This document shows, in pieces, positions 24,606 through 35,138 of a stretch of 40,658 bases of DNA. Position numbers and translations under genes: made by a program. Origin of the DNA: Candidatus Nanoarchaeia archaeon (lineage in GTDB: Archaea > Nanobdellota > Nanobdellia > Pacearchaeales > GW2011-AR1); contig DATDUI010000054.1 in assembly GCA_035290465.1 (NCBI GenBank), forward strand, positions 1 to 40,658. The letters run 5' to 3'. How positions within the stretch are numbered: the first letter of the stretch is position 1; every line of letters begins with the position of its first letter. The notes beneath the pieces were generated by a model. The model was not told the origin of the DNA and searched no databases. It worked only from the letters and a program-made list of their open reading frames with translations.

Positions 24606-25082
24606 TTATTTTTTAGATTTTCTTTTTTCAATTTGTTCTTGAATCTCAAAATCATAAATTCTACCCCTCTTTTCTTTTGCCATTTCTATAATTTCTTCTC
24701 GTGTTAAATTTTGATTTAATGAAATAGCAGGGGTGTATTCTCTCACTGGTTCATCAGGATAATATCCTGTAACACTGATAATCTGATAAGTTATTCTATT
24801 ACAATTATTACAACTATAAAATACTGTTTTTTCACTAGGTTGGTCAAACCCTAAAGAAAGATCTGTTTCGGCAATTTTTTTATAAGAACAAATCCCTCTC
24901 CTACAGTTGCAACTTCCAATATAACTTTCTCCTAAATCTTCATAACCCTTTCTGCAACTTTGATTATTAGAATATTCAAAACTCATAAAAGATTCATTAT
25001 TTGTGTCATCAAAATTTTCCAAATCTTTCTCTAATCGCATAAAAAGAGAATAAATTCTAATCTTATAAATATTTATATTCAA
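24606..25082 (-). CDS. Cys-rich hypothetical protein (start may be the ATG at 25040)
   Basis: It contains C..GYEDLGESYIGSCNCRRGIC and YSCNNCN clusters. It is the last gene of the string downstream of gyrA. Confidence 0.5.
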   Translation of the reverse strand: MNINIYKIRIYSLFMRLEKDLENFDDTNNESFMSFEYSNNQSCRKGYEDLGESYIGSCNCRRGICSYKKIAETDLSLGFDQPSEKTVFYSCNNCNRITYQIISVTGYYPDEPVREYTPAISLNQNLTREEIIEMAKEKRGRIYDFEIQEQIEKRKSKK

Positions 25083-25084
25083 AA

Positions 25085-25621
25085 TTATAACGAATTGGTT
25101 AATCTTTGATCAAGAGATAAACCCTTCTTGTATCCCACTTGTTCTTCATTTAAAACAAAAACATCTTCATTAATTGGCTTTATAATCGCACAACTCTCTT
25201 TATAAAATTCCTGTGCTGGTGAAGACAATAATTCTAAAAGTTTATTTTTCTGAATATTAGTCTTCTCAAAATCTTCTTCTCCCTCACCAAATTGTTCAAA
25301 ATATTGTTTTTCTAAATCTTTTCTTTGAACCTTTTGTATTGATGGAGCAATATAAATTTTGCTTATTCGAGGAGGACTTGCTTCTTCTCCTTCTTTTATA
25401 TATGTATCATTACCTTCGGTCATTGTATCAGTCGTACAAAAATATCCGTACTTTAAGTTAAATCCTTGAGGATAATTTTTGATAACATTGTGCAATGCTT
25501 CCCCGCTTTCAATTGATTTAATCAAACCTTTTGTTACAAATTCTGAATCTTTTAACCTAATCTTTAAAGAAAGGGTTTGACATGAATTTGCCTTCGCAAA
25601 AAAATAATATCTTCTTTCCAT
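25085..25621 (-). CDS. Hypothetical protein, paralog of 25627..26139
   Basis: Blocks shared with its neighbour: NSC, IE-GE-L--VI, GF-L--GYF, I-KI-IAPS, RK-LE, E-Y--SC-I--P. Confidence 0.65.
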   Translation of the reverse strand: MERRYYFFAKANSCQTLSLKIRLKDSEFVTKGLIKSIESGEALHNVIKNYPQGFNLKYGYFCTTDTMTEGNDTYIKEGEEASPPRISKIYIAPSIQKVQRKDLEKQYFEQFGEGEEDFEKTNIQKNKLLELLSSPAQEFYKESCAIIKPINEDVFVLNEEQVGYKKGLSLDQRLTNSL

Positions 25622-25626
25622 TAGAA

Positions 25627-26139
25627 TTATAATTGATCCTCTTTTAAAATAAATGTTCCGTCATCTAACGGACTTCTAATTGAACAACTTTTAGCATAGT
25701 ACTCTTTGGCTTTTTGTAGTAATATTTGTTTATAATTTCTTAATTCCTGTTTAAGGATTATTCTTTGTTTTCTATCAAGCTGTTCTATCCCTTGTTTTTG
25801 AACTTGACGCATTTTTTTATATTTCTCTTCAAGATTTTTACGAGGAATAACATTCGACGGAGCAATTAAAATCTTTCCGATTTGTGTTGGTCCTTTTTTA
25901 TTAACAAAAGTAATATCATGAGTAATGATTGCTTCAATTCCTGAAAAATATCCAAACCTTAACGGAAAACCTTTTTCATAACCCGGGATAACTTCATATA
26001 GCGGTTCACCATTTTCAATTCTTTCTAACAATTTCTCCGGATGTTCTGTTAAAGGAATATCCGCAACTGGAAATTTACAAGAATTAGGTTTGCCCAAAAA
26101 AGAATAAATTGTTGAATGTTTCATGTTTTCTACATTCAT
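25627..26139 (-). CDS. Hypothetical protein, paralog of 25085..25621
   Basis: 170-aa ORF starting 38 nt downstream of gyrA. Shares the blocks listed for the 25085..25621 paralog. Confidence 0.65.
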   Translation of the reverse strand: MNVENMKHSTIYSFLGKPNSCKFPVADIPLTEHPEKLLERIENGEPLYEVIPGYEKGFPLRFGYFSGIEAIITHDITFVNKKGPTQIGKILIAPSNVIPRKNLEEKYKKMRQVQKQGIEQLDRKQRIILKQELRNYKQILLQKAKEYYAKSCSIRSPLDDGTFILKEDQL

Positions 26140-26177
26140 TGATAATTTATAAAGATTTATGTATTAAATTAATAAAA

Positions 26178-28679
26178 CTATTCCGATATTAAATTTTTTT
26201 CAGGAGTTTGAGGAATATCAGTCTCTGCATCTAAAACTCTAATTAAATCTGTAACTTTATCTCCCTCAGCAAGTTTAACAATTCTCACACCTTGTGTTGC
26301 ACGACCCATAACCCTAATATTATTTAATGTAGTCCTAATAACAATTCCTTTTGCAGTTGTAATAATAATTGTATCTTCATCATTTACAGCAACAGTAGTT
26401 ACAATCTTTCCTGTTTTTTCAGTCACTTTAAGATTAATCACACCTTTGCCTGCTCTGGCAGTTTTTCTATAATCTTCAATAGCAGTTCTTTTACCATATC
26501 CATTTTCACTGATAGTCAATATTGCAGCAGTATCTAAAACTTCTAAACTCACAACCTCATCGCCTTTTCCAAGTTTAATTCCTGTAACTCCATAACTCGC
26601 TCTGCCCATTGCCCGAACATCATTACTATTAAATCTAATTGCCTGACCTTTTTTAGTCGCAAGTAAAACTTCCTGACCTTTTTTAACAACATTAACACCA
26701 ATTAAAACATCAGAATTATCCAAAGGTAAATTAATTGCCTTAACCCCTGAAGCTCTTGGTTTTGAGAAATGGCTCAATGCAATTTTTTTAACCTGTCCTT
26801 TTTGAGTAGCCATGAATAAATCCTCATTAAAATCTTTAACAGATATAACATTTGTAACTCTTTCATCTCTTAAATTTAATAAATTAACAATTGCCTTGCC
26901 TTTGCTGTACCTTTCTGTTGCAGGAATATCATGAGCTTTTAACCATAATACTCTTCCACGTGTAGTAAAGAACATTAAATTATCATGAGTCGAACAAGTA
27001 ATTAATTGTTTGACATAATCATCTGTAGAAAGGTTGCTTCCAATAACTCCTTTGCCTCCCCTTTTTTGCTCCTTATATGTTTGCACATCCATTCTTTTGC
27101 AATAACCTTTATCTGTAACAGTTACAACAACTTCTTTTTCTTGAACCAAATCCTTTTCCGAAAATTCTCCAATTCTTTTTAGAACAGTTGTTTTTCTTTT
27201 ATCCCCATAATTTTCTTTTAAGTTCTCAACTTCTTTTTTAATAATCTTTAATACTTCTTGGATATCTCCTAAAATTTTTTCTAATTCCTGAATCTTTAAT
27301 TTTAATTCTGTTTGTTCTGCTTTTAACTTTTCAACTTCCAAAGAAGTAAGTGCTTGTAATTTAGTTTCTAAAATTGCTTCAGCTTGTTTTAATGAAAGTT
27401 TATATTTCTGAATTAAACCTTCAGCTGCTTCTGCTTTATTTTTTGATCCTTTAATTAATGCGATTACACCGTCAATATCCTTAAGAGCAATCATTAAACC
27501 ATCAACAATTTCCAGCCTTTCTTTAGCTTTTTTTAATTCAAATTTAGATCTGTTTGTAATAATGAGTTTTCTATGCCTGACATATTCTTCCATAACATCT
27601 TTCAATGTTAAAATTTTAGGTTTACCCCGGACTAATGCTAAAAAATTAACCCCAAATGATTCCTGAAGTCTTGTATATTTGTATAAAGAATTAATAACAT
27701 ATTTTGAATCTGTATCTTTCTTCAACTCTATAACAATTCTAATTTTTCCTTTTGAAGATTCATCTCTTAAATCAGATATATCTTTAAGCTTTTTATCAGT
27801 AACTAATTTTGCAATTGAAGTCATTAATACTGACTTGTCAACCATATAGGGAATTTCTGTAATAACAACAGCTTCTTTTTTCTTGACTGTTTCAGTAGTA
27901 ATTCTTCCCCTCATAATTAATTTTCCTTTTCCAGTTTTATACAATTCACTCATATTTCCTTGAACAAGTCCTCCTGTAGGGAAATCTGGTCCGGTAATAA
28001 TCTTGCAAAGTTCATCAATTGTGATTTCTGGATTTTGGATATGTGCAATAAGTGCATCACAAACTTCAGTTAAATTATGTGGGGGAATATTTGTAGCCAT
28101 ACCAACTGCAATACCTGTAGCACCATTAAGCATTAATGCCGGCAATTTTCCTGGAAGTAATGAAGGTTCTTCAACACTGCCGTCATAGTTTGGGACAAAT
28201 TGAACTGTTTCTTTTTCAATATCCTCTAATAATTCAAAACTTAATTTTTGTAATTTTGCTTCAGTATAACGCATCGCTGCAGGAGAATCACCATCAATAG
28301 AACCAAAGTTACCCTGACCATAAACTAAAGGATATCTTAATGAAAAAGTTTGAGCCATTCTAACCATTGCTTCATAAATAGAACTATCTCCATGAGGGTG
28401 ATATTTACCCATAACTTCACCCACAACCCTCGCTGATTTTTTTGTTTGTCCGGTAGGCTTTAAACCCATTTGATGCATAGCATAAAGAATTCTTCTTTGA
28501 ACAGGTTTCATACCGTCTTCAATTGAAGGAATTGCACGAGAAACAATAACACTCATAGCATAATCTAAGTATGCTTTTCGCATCTCTTCGGAAACTTCTG
28601 CATTAATTATCCCTTCTTCAACTGGCGGATGTTTTGTAATAGGAGTTACCGGTTCTAATTTTTCTTGCTCTTCTGTCAT
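26178..28679 (-). CDS. gyrA: DNA gyrase subunit A
   Basis: [32 protein letters not shown] and [10 protein letters not shown] (active-site Tyr context) are present. The C-terminus has repeated beta-pinwheel-like blades. Confidence 0.96.
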   Translation of the reverse strand: MTEEQEKLEPVTPITKHPPVEEGIINAEVSEEMRKAYLDYAMSVIVSRAIPSIEDGMKPVQRRILYAMHQMGLKPTGQTKKSARVVGEVMGKYHPHGDSSIYEAMVRMAQTFSLRYPLVYGQGNFGSIDGDSPAAMRYTEAKLQKLSFELLEDIEKETVQFVPNYDGSVEEPSLLPGKLPALMLNGATGIAVGMATNIPPHNLTEVCDALIAHIQNPEITIDELCKIITGPDFPTGGLVQGNMSELYKTGKGKLIMRGRITTETVKKKEAVVITEIPYMVDKSVLMTSIAKLVTDKKLKDISDLRDESSKGKIRIVIELKKDTDSKYVINSLYKYTRLQESFGVNFLALVRGKPKILTLKDVMEEYVRHRKLIITNRSKFELKKAKERLEIVDGLMIALKDIDGVIALIKGSKNKAEAAEGLIQKYKLSLKQAEAILETKLQALTSLEVEKLKAEQTELKLKIQELEKILGDIQEVLKIIKKEVENLKENYGDKRKTTVLKRIGEFSEKDLVQEKEVVVTVTDKGYCKRMDVQTYKEQKRGGKGVIGSNLSTDDYVKQLITCSTHDNLMFFTTRGRVLWLKAHDIPATERYSKGKAIVNLLNLRDERVTNVISVKDFNEDLFMATQKGQVKKIALSHFSKPRASGVKAINLPLDNSDVLIGVNVVKKGQEVLLATKKGQAIRFNSNDVRAMGRASYGVTGIKLGKGDEVVSLEVLDTAAILTISENGYGKRTAIEDYRKTARAGKGVINLKVTEKTGKIVTTVAVNDEDTIIITTAKGIVIRTTLNNIRVMGRATQGVRIVKLAEGDKVTDLIRVLDAETDIPQTPEKNLISE

Positions 28680-29215
28680 ATGACGTCCTCCAATCTTTGT
28701 TTAGTTCTATCAATTAATCTTGCTTGCATTCCCAAATCTAACGCCGGTTCAATATCATCTTTATAATTATCCCCAATCATCATTACTTCTTGTGGAATAA
28801 TGTGTGTTCCTTTTTTATTATTTAACTGATTCAATGTTTGAATGAAAATTTCTTTATTTGGTTTTTTTATTCCAATTTCAGAAGAAAATGTTACTATGTC
28901 AAATTTTGAAATAAATTCTGGAAATGTTTCTCTAAGTCTGTCGTTTGTCACAAGATAAACATTTGAAACTATTGCTAAATTATACTTATTACTTAACCTA
29001 TTAATTACTTTTTCACTATCTTCAAAAAGGGAAAATTTTGCACTATATAAAGCATCTAAAAGTTGGTTTTTATATCCTTGAATTGAATAATAATTTAATC
29101 CTAAACTTGTCTGTAATATCTCATCCATTTCTAAACCCACCAATTTTCTAATATCTGTTGTATCTTTAACATCTCCTAATGTTTTCATCCAATCAAAAAA
29201 ATATGCTTTTATCAT
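28676..29215 (-). CDS. HAD-superfamily hydrolase-like protein (motif I variant D-W-M-K-T)
   Basis: YFFDWMKTL is motif I with the Asp+2 position replaced by Met. LAIVSN is motif [10 protein letters not shown] is motif III and IGDNYKDDI is motif IV. ATGA overlaps occur at both ends. Confidence 0.75.
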   Translation of the reverse strand: MIKAYFFDWMKTLGDVKDTTDIRKLVGLEMDEILQTSLGLNYYSIQGYKNQLLDALYSAKFSLFEDSEKVINRLSNKYNLAIVSNVYLVTNDRLRETFPEFISKFDIVTFSSEIGIKKPNKEIFIQTLNQLNNKKGTHIIPQEVMMIGDNYKDDIEPALDLGMQARLIDRTKQRLEDVI

Positions 29216-29409
29216 TCTTCATCCTCCTCACATTCTGAATCTTCCCCATAATTAATCAGTAATTCATTTTCATCATCAATTTCAAAAGAAGTCTGTGATT
29301 TTGTTTCTTTAAGTTCAACTAGTTTAGCAATTAACTCATCAATTTCATCTTCATCCAACGTGAATTCCATAATTTCTACTTCTATTTCTTCATTTTCTTC
29401 GTCTGTCAT
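29212..29409 (-). CDS. Extremely acidic small protein
   Basis: 65 aa, of which I count 29 as D/E and only 3 as K. It abuts or overlaps both neighbouring genes in the gyrB-gyrA string. Confidence 0.6.
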   Translation of the reverse strand: MTDEENEEIEVEIMEFTLDEDEIDELIAKLVELKETKSQTSFEIDDENELLINYGEDSECEEDEE

Positions 29410-29715
29410 TTATGCCACTTCCTCCCCTTTTTCATCTAAATATTTCATAAAATCATCTTCTGTTAATTCTTCAATTATAACATCTTTTCCAACCCATTTG
29501 CATTCACGGCATTCCCAATTTTTTGCACTTTTTCCTTCTTCGCCAATTAATTGAACTCCAATATTATAACTCTTGCATTTTGGGCATTTTCTTACTTTGA
29601 AAGTTTTACCCTCTTTTTTCTTTTCTTTCACCCCTTTTGCTTTTTCATATTCTTCAGGTGAATCATAACCTTCAATAATCCATGTCGGCGTACTTAGTTT
29701 TGATTTCTTTTTCAT
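29410..29715 (-). CDS. Small zinc-ribbon protein
   Basis: CPKC-x24-CREC (spacing by my count), with a basic N-terminal half and an acidic tail. There is an ATGA overlap with the upstream gene. Confidence 0.65.
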   Translation of the reverse strand: MKKKSKLSTPTWIIEGYDSPEEYEKAKGVKEKKKEGKTFKVRKCPKCKSYNIGVQLIGEEGKSAKNWECRECKWVGKDVIIEELTEDDFMKYLDEKGEEVA

Positions 29716-30005
29716 TTTTTTGTTCCATCAGTTATTGGATAAACTTTAATAAATCTTTTAACTATATCCCCTTTCTTAAATCTATTATTATCTTCTTCAA
29801 TTATTTTCTCCCCGCAAAATCTCTCAAGTGAACTTGAAAATCTTGTTCCACTTTTATGTTTTTCACAATCCTCTAATGAAGTATATTCAACTCTTAATCG
29901 TCTCTGGTTATCATCTGCATCAATTGTAAGTCCGTTAATAACATATTTTCTTCCTTTAAAATTTCTATAAATCTCTCCTGCTCCTGGTAAATCTGTATTT
30001 TCCAT
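29712..30005 (-). CDS. Small hypothetical protein, possibly DUF1653-like
   Basis: The GEIYRNFKGRKYVINGL...RVEYTSL...RF pattern resembles my memory of DUF1653; this is a weak call. The gene starts 2 nt after the gyrB stop. Confidence 0.55.
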   Translation of the reverse strand: MENTDLPGAGEIYRNFKGRKYVINGLTIDADDNQRRLRVEYTSLEDCEKHKSGTRFSSSLERFCGEKIIEEDNNRFKKGDIVKRFIKVYPITDGTKK

Positions 30006-30007
30006 TT

Positions 30008-31888
30008 TTAAATATCCAAATTTGCATACTCTGCATTTTCAGCAATGAATGCTTTCCTCCCTTGCACATCATCTCCCATAAGCATAGAAAATGTTTGATC
30101 CGCAACAATAGCATCTTCAATAAAAACTCTTTTTAATTTACGTGTTTTTGGATCCATAGTAGTTTCCCATAACTGTGAAGCACTCATCTCCCCAAGACCC
30201 TTGAACCTTGTAACATTAGTTGCATCTAATCTTTCACAAATCTTCTTTAATTCCTTCTCGGTATAAACATAATAATCTTTTTTCTTTCTTACTCTATATA
30301 ATGGAGGCATTGCAACAAAAATATTTCCGTTCTCAATTAATTGTGGCATAAACCTAAAAAAGAAAGTCAATAATAAAGTTTTAATATGTTCCCCGTCGAC
30401 ATCTGCATCTGTCATAATTATAATTCTTTTATATCTTAACTTGCTTATATCAAATTGTTCTCCAACACCGACGCCAATTGCCGTAATCATATTTGTAATC
30501 TCTTCGCTTGAAAGTGCTTTTGCCGAATTTGCTTTTTCAACATTCAAAATTTTACCTTTTAATGGTAAAATAGCTTGCAAATCTTTATTTCTTGCTTGAC
30601 GGGCTGAACCCCCAGCACTATCTCCCTCTACAAGATAAACTTCAGTATCCTCAGCTTTTTTGTTCGCACAGTCAGAAAGTTTTCCCGGCAATCCCCCCAA
30701 TGAAAATGCATTTTTTCGTCGAACTAAATCTTTAGCTCTTTTTGCAGCAAGTCTTGCTTTTGCTGAATCTAATGCCTTTCCTGTAATCCTTTTTGCAACA
30801 TTCGGGTTTTCTTCTAAAAATTCAGTTAGAAATAAACTAACTGCTGAATCGACAAGTCCTTTAACTTCAGAATTGCCTAACTTTGTTTTTGTTTGACCTT
30901 CAAATTGAGGCTCTCCGATTTTAATGCTGATTACTGAAGTAAGTCCTTCACGAACATCGTCTCCAGTTAATGTGTCTGATTTCAATAATCCTTTTTTCTT
31001 AACATAATCATTTATAACTCTCGTAACTGCTGTTTTAAATCCTGAAACATGTGTTCCACCTTCAACAGTATTAATGGTATTAACAAAACCAAATATGTTC
31101 TCCTGGTAACCCTCATTATATTGAAGAGCAACTTCTACTACTGTATTGTCGGCTTCTTTTTTAAAATAAATTGGTTTATGTAAAACTTCTTTTGTTCGGT
31201 TTAGCCATTTTACAAATTCCATTAAACCCCCTTCAGCAAAATATTCTGCTTTAAATCCATCTCTTTCATCACTTAAAGTAACTTTTAGCCCGGCATTTAA
31301 AAAAGTAACTTCTCTAAATCTATCTTCCAAAACTTTATGATCAAAAATAATTGTAGAAAAAATTTCCGGGTCTGGCCAAAAAGTAATTGTTGTTCCATTT
31401 TCTTCAGGATTGCATTCACCGATAACTTTTAATTTTGTAGTGGGGTTTCCTCTTGAATATTCTTGCTGATGTATTTTTCCATTTCGTTGAATTTCAACAA
31501 TTAATTTTATAGACAAAGCATTTACACAACTCATACCCACTCCATGTAATCCTCCTGAAATTTTATATGAATCTTTGTCAAACTTTCCTCCTGCATGTAA
31601 TTTTGTTAAGGCTAATTCAACTGCAGGGATTTTATAAATCTCATTAATTTCTACAGGTATTCCACGTCCATGATCTTTAACTGTGCAAGAACCATCTTTG
31701 TTTATTATTACTTGGATTTCCTTGCCAAATCCTGCTAAATGTTCATCTACTGAATTATCAATAATCTCCCAAACTAAATGATGTAAACCCTCTTTATGTG
31801 TAGAACCGATATACATTGCAGGTCTTTTTCGCACTGCTTCTAGTCCTTCAAGGACCTTAATTTGTGATGCACCATATTCATTTGCCAT
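30008..31888 (-). CDS. gyrB: DNA gyrase subunit B
   Basis: Motifs seen: YGASQIKVLEGLEAVRKRPAMYIGST, GLHHLVWEIIDNSVDE, GGLHGVG, EGDSAGGSA, PLKGKILNVE, IMTDADVDGEHI. Confidence 0.96.
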   Translation of the reverse strand: MANEYGASQIKVLEGLEAVRKRPAMYIGSTHKEGLHHLVWEIIDNSVDEHLAGFGKEIQVIINKDGSCTVKDHGRGIPVEINEIYKIPAVELALTKLHAGGKFDKDSYKISGGLHGVGMSCVNALSIKLIVEIQRNGKIHQQEYSRGNPTTKLKVIGECNPEENGTTITFWPDPEIFSTIIFDHKVLEDRFREVTFLNAGLKVTLSDERDGFKAEYFAEGGLMEFVKWLNRTKEVLHKPIYFKKEADNTVVEVALQYNEGYQENIFGFVNTINTVEGGTHVSGFKTAVTRVINDYVKKKGLLKSDTLTGDDVREGLTSVISIKIGEPQFEGQTKTKLGNSEVKGLVDSAVSLFLTEFLEENPNVAKRITGKALDSAKARLAAKRAKDLVRRKNAFSLGGLPGKLSDCANKKAEDTEVYLVEGDSAGGSARQARNKDLQAILPLKGKILNVEKANSAKALSSEEITNMITAIGVGVGEQFDISKLRYKRIIIMTDADVDGEHIKTLLLTFFFRFMPQLIENGNIFVAMPPLYRVRKKKDYYVYTEKELKKICERLDATNVTRFKGLGEMSASQLWETTMDPKTRKLKRVFIEDAIVADQTFSMLMGDDVQGRKAFIAENAEYANLDI

Positions 31889-32073
31889 TTTATAATTTGA
31901 AATTAATTTTTATTGTTTAAAATCAACAAAAATTCTCTTAATTTAATAAAGAAACTCTTCAATCCTTTATAAATTTTTCTTACTCTCTTTAAGTTTTTGT
32001 CGTCGGAGAATGGTAAAAATAAATGGATTTTTTTATTAAAATATTAATCTGTTTAAATTATTTTTTAAAAAAG

Positions 32074-33795
32074 TTATCCCTGTTCAACTGCTGGGTGGTC
32101 TTTACCCCTTTGCATAATTTTAATTAAATCTTTAATATGTTTATCCTTTTCATTCTTATATGTCTCTTTGTCCATCTTATCCTCCTGAATCATTTTTGCA
32201 ATATATTCTCCTCCTAAAAAATGAGGTGTTAATACATAACTTGCACCTGCTTGATATAATTCCAAGGCATCTTTAATTTGATGTGCCCTAACAATAATTA
32301 TAGATTCAGGATTAATTAATCTTATATTTTTAATTAATAATAAATTAATCTCAAAACTCGGAATAGTTGAAATTGCAATTTTTATTTTATCTAATGGTAA
32401 TTCTTCTAAAAATTCCTGATCATAAGCATCTCCGTAAATACATGGAATATTAAATTTCTTTAAATCAGTGATTGCATCCGGATTAAAATCTACCACTAAA
32501 TATCTTTTTTTTATCCTCTTAAGTGATTGTAAAATCCCAAATCCAATTCTATTATATCCAAAGAGAATGGCATCGTAATTTTTAGTAACGTTTATTTTTT
32601 GTTTAACACTCTTTTTTTCCAGAATACCGATAAAATCTGATACTTTACTATAAAATTTTTCTGAGTAAATAATCATATATGTTGAAATTATTGTAGTAAT
32701 AACTAATGTTAGCGTTAATGTCGATAAAATCTCACTTTGGATATGCCCGATTGAAACTCCTAATGCTAAAATAATCAAAGAAAATTCTGAAATCTGTGCA
32801 AGAGTTGTCCCCACTAAAAAGTTTGTTCTTTTTGTATAATTAAAAGTTCTCATAAAAAGCATAATAATTAATGGTTTGAATAATAAGGCAATCACAGATA
32901 AAATCACTGCATCTACTAATATAGCACTAATATTTGAAATATGAATATTAATTCCCAAAATTATAAAGAAAATAATTAAGAAAAAATCTCTCAAAGGTCT
33001 TATTTTTGAACTAATCTCAATACTATATGGTGAAATAGATAAAATGACCCCCGCAATTAATGCTCCGATTTCTAAAGAAAATCCCATTAAACTGAAAAGT
33101 GCACTGATAATAAAACACCAGCAAATTGAAAATAAAAATAATAATTCCTGAGATTTAGCAAGAATTTTCATTAATTTTGGAATAATAAAAAATCCAATTA
33201 AAAATAAGCAAAGTGCCAATATTGTTCCACCAAGTAATCCTCTGATTGCAAAAGAACTAATACTTGTTCCGTTTGCTGAAGATGAAATTAACATAAGAAT
33301 AATTATAGCAACCAAATCCTGAATAATTAAAATTCCTGTTGAAATTTTTCCGTATAATGAATCAAGCTGTTTTTGGTCATAAATTAATTTTATGACTATA
33401 ATTGTACTGCTGAATGCAAGTGCAATTCCAACATAAGAAGATGTAATTAAGTCAAAACCTAAAAATTTACTGGAAATAACAAATGTTAAAAGGAAAGTTA
33501 AGATAATTTGCCCTAAACCAATTAATAATGCAGAAGTTCCGATTTCTTTTATAACCTTTGGATTTAAATGAAGCCCCACTATAAAAAGTAGAAATGCAAT
33601 CCCGAATTCTGAAAATAAACCAATAAGTCCTGTTGAAATTTCAAAATCAAATACACTAAATTCAATTATTACTGCAACAATCATTCCGGCAAAAATATAA
33701 CCAATTACCAATGGCTGATTAAACGCACGAACTATAAGCGAAACTACAAAAGCCATAAAAAGAATCGTCGCTAGCTGAATAAATACAATTTCCAT
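32074..33795 (-). CDS. Kef-type (CPA2) cation:proton antiporter with a C-terminal RCK/TrkA-N domain
   Basis: About 12 hydrophobic helices are followed by ILFGYNRIGFGILQSL (GxGxxG), with the soluble domain running to the C-terminus. Confidence 0.85.
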   Translation of the reverse strand: MEIVFIQLATILFMAFVVSLIVRAFNQPLVIGYIFAGMIVAVIIEFSVFDFEISTGLIGLFSEFGIAFLLFIVGLHLNPKVIKEIGTSALLIGLGQIILTFLLTFVISSKFLGFDLITSSYVGIALAFSSTIIVIKLIYDQKQLDSLYGKISTGILIIQDLVAIIILMLISSSANGTSISSFAIRGLLGGTILALCLFLIGFFIIPKLMKILAKSQELLFLFSICWCFIISALFSLMGFSLEIGALIAGVILSISPYSIEISSKIRPLRDFFLIIFFIILGINIHISNISAILVDAVILSVIALLFKPLIIMLFMRTFNYTKRTNFLVGTTLAQISEFSLIILALGVSIGHIQSEILSTLTLTLVITTIISTYMIIYSEKFYSKVSDFIGILEKKSVKQKINVTKNYDAILFGYNRIGFGILQSLKRIKKRYLVVDFNPDAITDLKKFNIPCIYGDAYDQEFLEELPLDKIKIAISTIPSFEINLLLIKNIRLINPESIIIVRAHQIKDALELYQAGASYVLTPHFLGGEYIAKMIQEDKMDKETYKNEKDKHIKDLIKIMQRGKDHPAVEQG

Positions 33796-33867
33796 CCTTC
33801 ACCTCTTAATTATGTAGGAGATGTCCTATAAAAAGGTTTTTAAACTAATGTCCATCTAAAATTAGAT

Positions 33868-34176
33868 ATGGCAAAAGTAAGAATAAAAATCCAAAGTACA
33901 GATATAGAAATGCTGAATGCTATTTGTAATGAAATTAAAGAGTTAGCTAAAAAATCCGGAATTGTATTAAGCGGACCTGTGCCATTACCCACAAAAAAAC
34001 TTAAAATTACAACAAGAAAATCTCCTTGTGGTAACGGAACTGCAACTTTTGATAATTTTGAGATGAGAATTCATAAAAGATTAATTGATTTGCCTGCAAA
34101 TGAAAAAGTTCTTCATCACATTATGAAGATGAGAATTCCCAAAAGCATTAATATTAAGATTGAAATGAAGGATTAA
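33868..34176 (+). CDS. rps10: 30S ribosomal protein S10 (uS10)
   Basis: VRIKIQS.D...L......I...A...G....GPVPLPTK......RKSPCG.G..TFD.FEMRIHKRLIDL is the canonical uS10 pattern. Confidence 0.93.
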   Translation: MAKVRIKIQSTDIEMLNAICNEIKELAKKSGIVLSGPVPLPTKKLKITTRKSPCGNGTATFDNFEMRIHKRLIDLPANEKVLHHIMKMRIPKSINIKIEMKD

Positions 34177-34238
34177 GAATTCTAAAATATATTTTTTTCT
34201 ATAGATGTTTTTATAAAATAATTATTATTTATATTAAA

Positions 34239-35126
34239 ATGCAAGAATATAAAGATGTGATAAATAAGGTATTAAAATATGGGGAGCAAAAAGGGGATCG
34301 TACTGGTACTGGAACAATTTCTGTATCTGGAGCTTATTTTGAACATGATATGTCAAAAGGATTTCCACTTTTAACCACAAAAAGAATGCCATTTAATTTA
34401 ATTGCTTCAGAATTAGAATTTTTTATTAAAGGAATTACAGATAAACAATGGTTATTAGATCGAAATAATCATATTTGGGATGAATGGTGTAGTCCGGATA
34501 AAGTTTCTTATGGACATGATAAAGAAACTAAAGAAAAAATGATGGTTGAAAGAGATTTGGGGCCAATCTATGGTTTTCAATGGAGACATTTTGATGCTGA
34601 ATATAACGGTTATGATAAAGATTATACTGGTCAAGGTATAGATCAATTGGAAGATGTAGTTAAGACTCTCAAAACAAATCCTCATGACCGAAGAATGATT
34701 GTTGATGCATGGAATCCTAAGCAAAAACAAAGAATGGCATTGCCTCCTTGTCATTATGGTTTTCAAGTTTTAGCAAATAAAAATAATAACACTCTGGATT
34801 TACTTTGGAGGCAAAGATCAGTAGATACAATTTTAGGCTTGCCATTTAATATTGCAAGTTATGGATTGCTTTTGCATCTTTTAGCAAAAGAAAGTGGTTT
34901 TAAAGAAGGCAAATTAATTGGTTTTCTTGCTGATGTGCATATTTATAATAATCATTTAGAAGGAGAATTTATGGAAAAAATCAATAAGCAATTATCTCGA
35001 GAATTAAAATCTTTACCCGGAATAGAAACTGAAAATTTTAATTCTATTTTTGATTGGAATTTTGGGCAATCTAAAGTTGTGGGTTATGAATCTCATCCTG
35101 GTTTAAAATTTCCAATTGCTGTTTAA
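34239..35126 (+). CDS. thyA: Thymidylate synthase (ThyA type)
   Basis: Motifs seen: DRTGTGT, FPLLTTKR, GPIYGFQWRHF, NPHDRRMIVDAWNP, ALPPCH (catalytic Cys), RSVDTILGLPFNIASY. Confidence 0.95.
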   Translation: MQEYKDVINKVLKYGEQKGDRTGTGTISVSGAYFEHDMSKGFPLLTTKRMPFNLIASELEFFIKGITDKQWLLDRNNHIWDEWCSPDKVSYGHDKETKEKMMVERDLGPIYGFQWRHFDAEYNGYDKDYTGQGIDQLEDVVKTLKTNPHDRRMIVDAWNPKQKQRMALPPCHYGFQVLANKNNNTLDLLWRQRSVDTILGLPFNIASYGLLLHLLAKESGFKEGKLIGFLADVHIYNNHLEGEFMEKINKQLSRELKSLPGIETENFNSIFDWNFGQSKVVGYESHPGLKFPIAV

Positions 35127-35138
35127 TTTCAAATAAAA

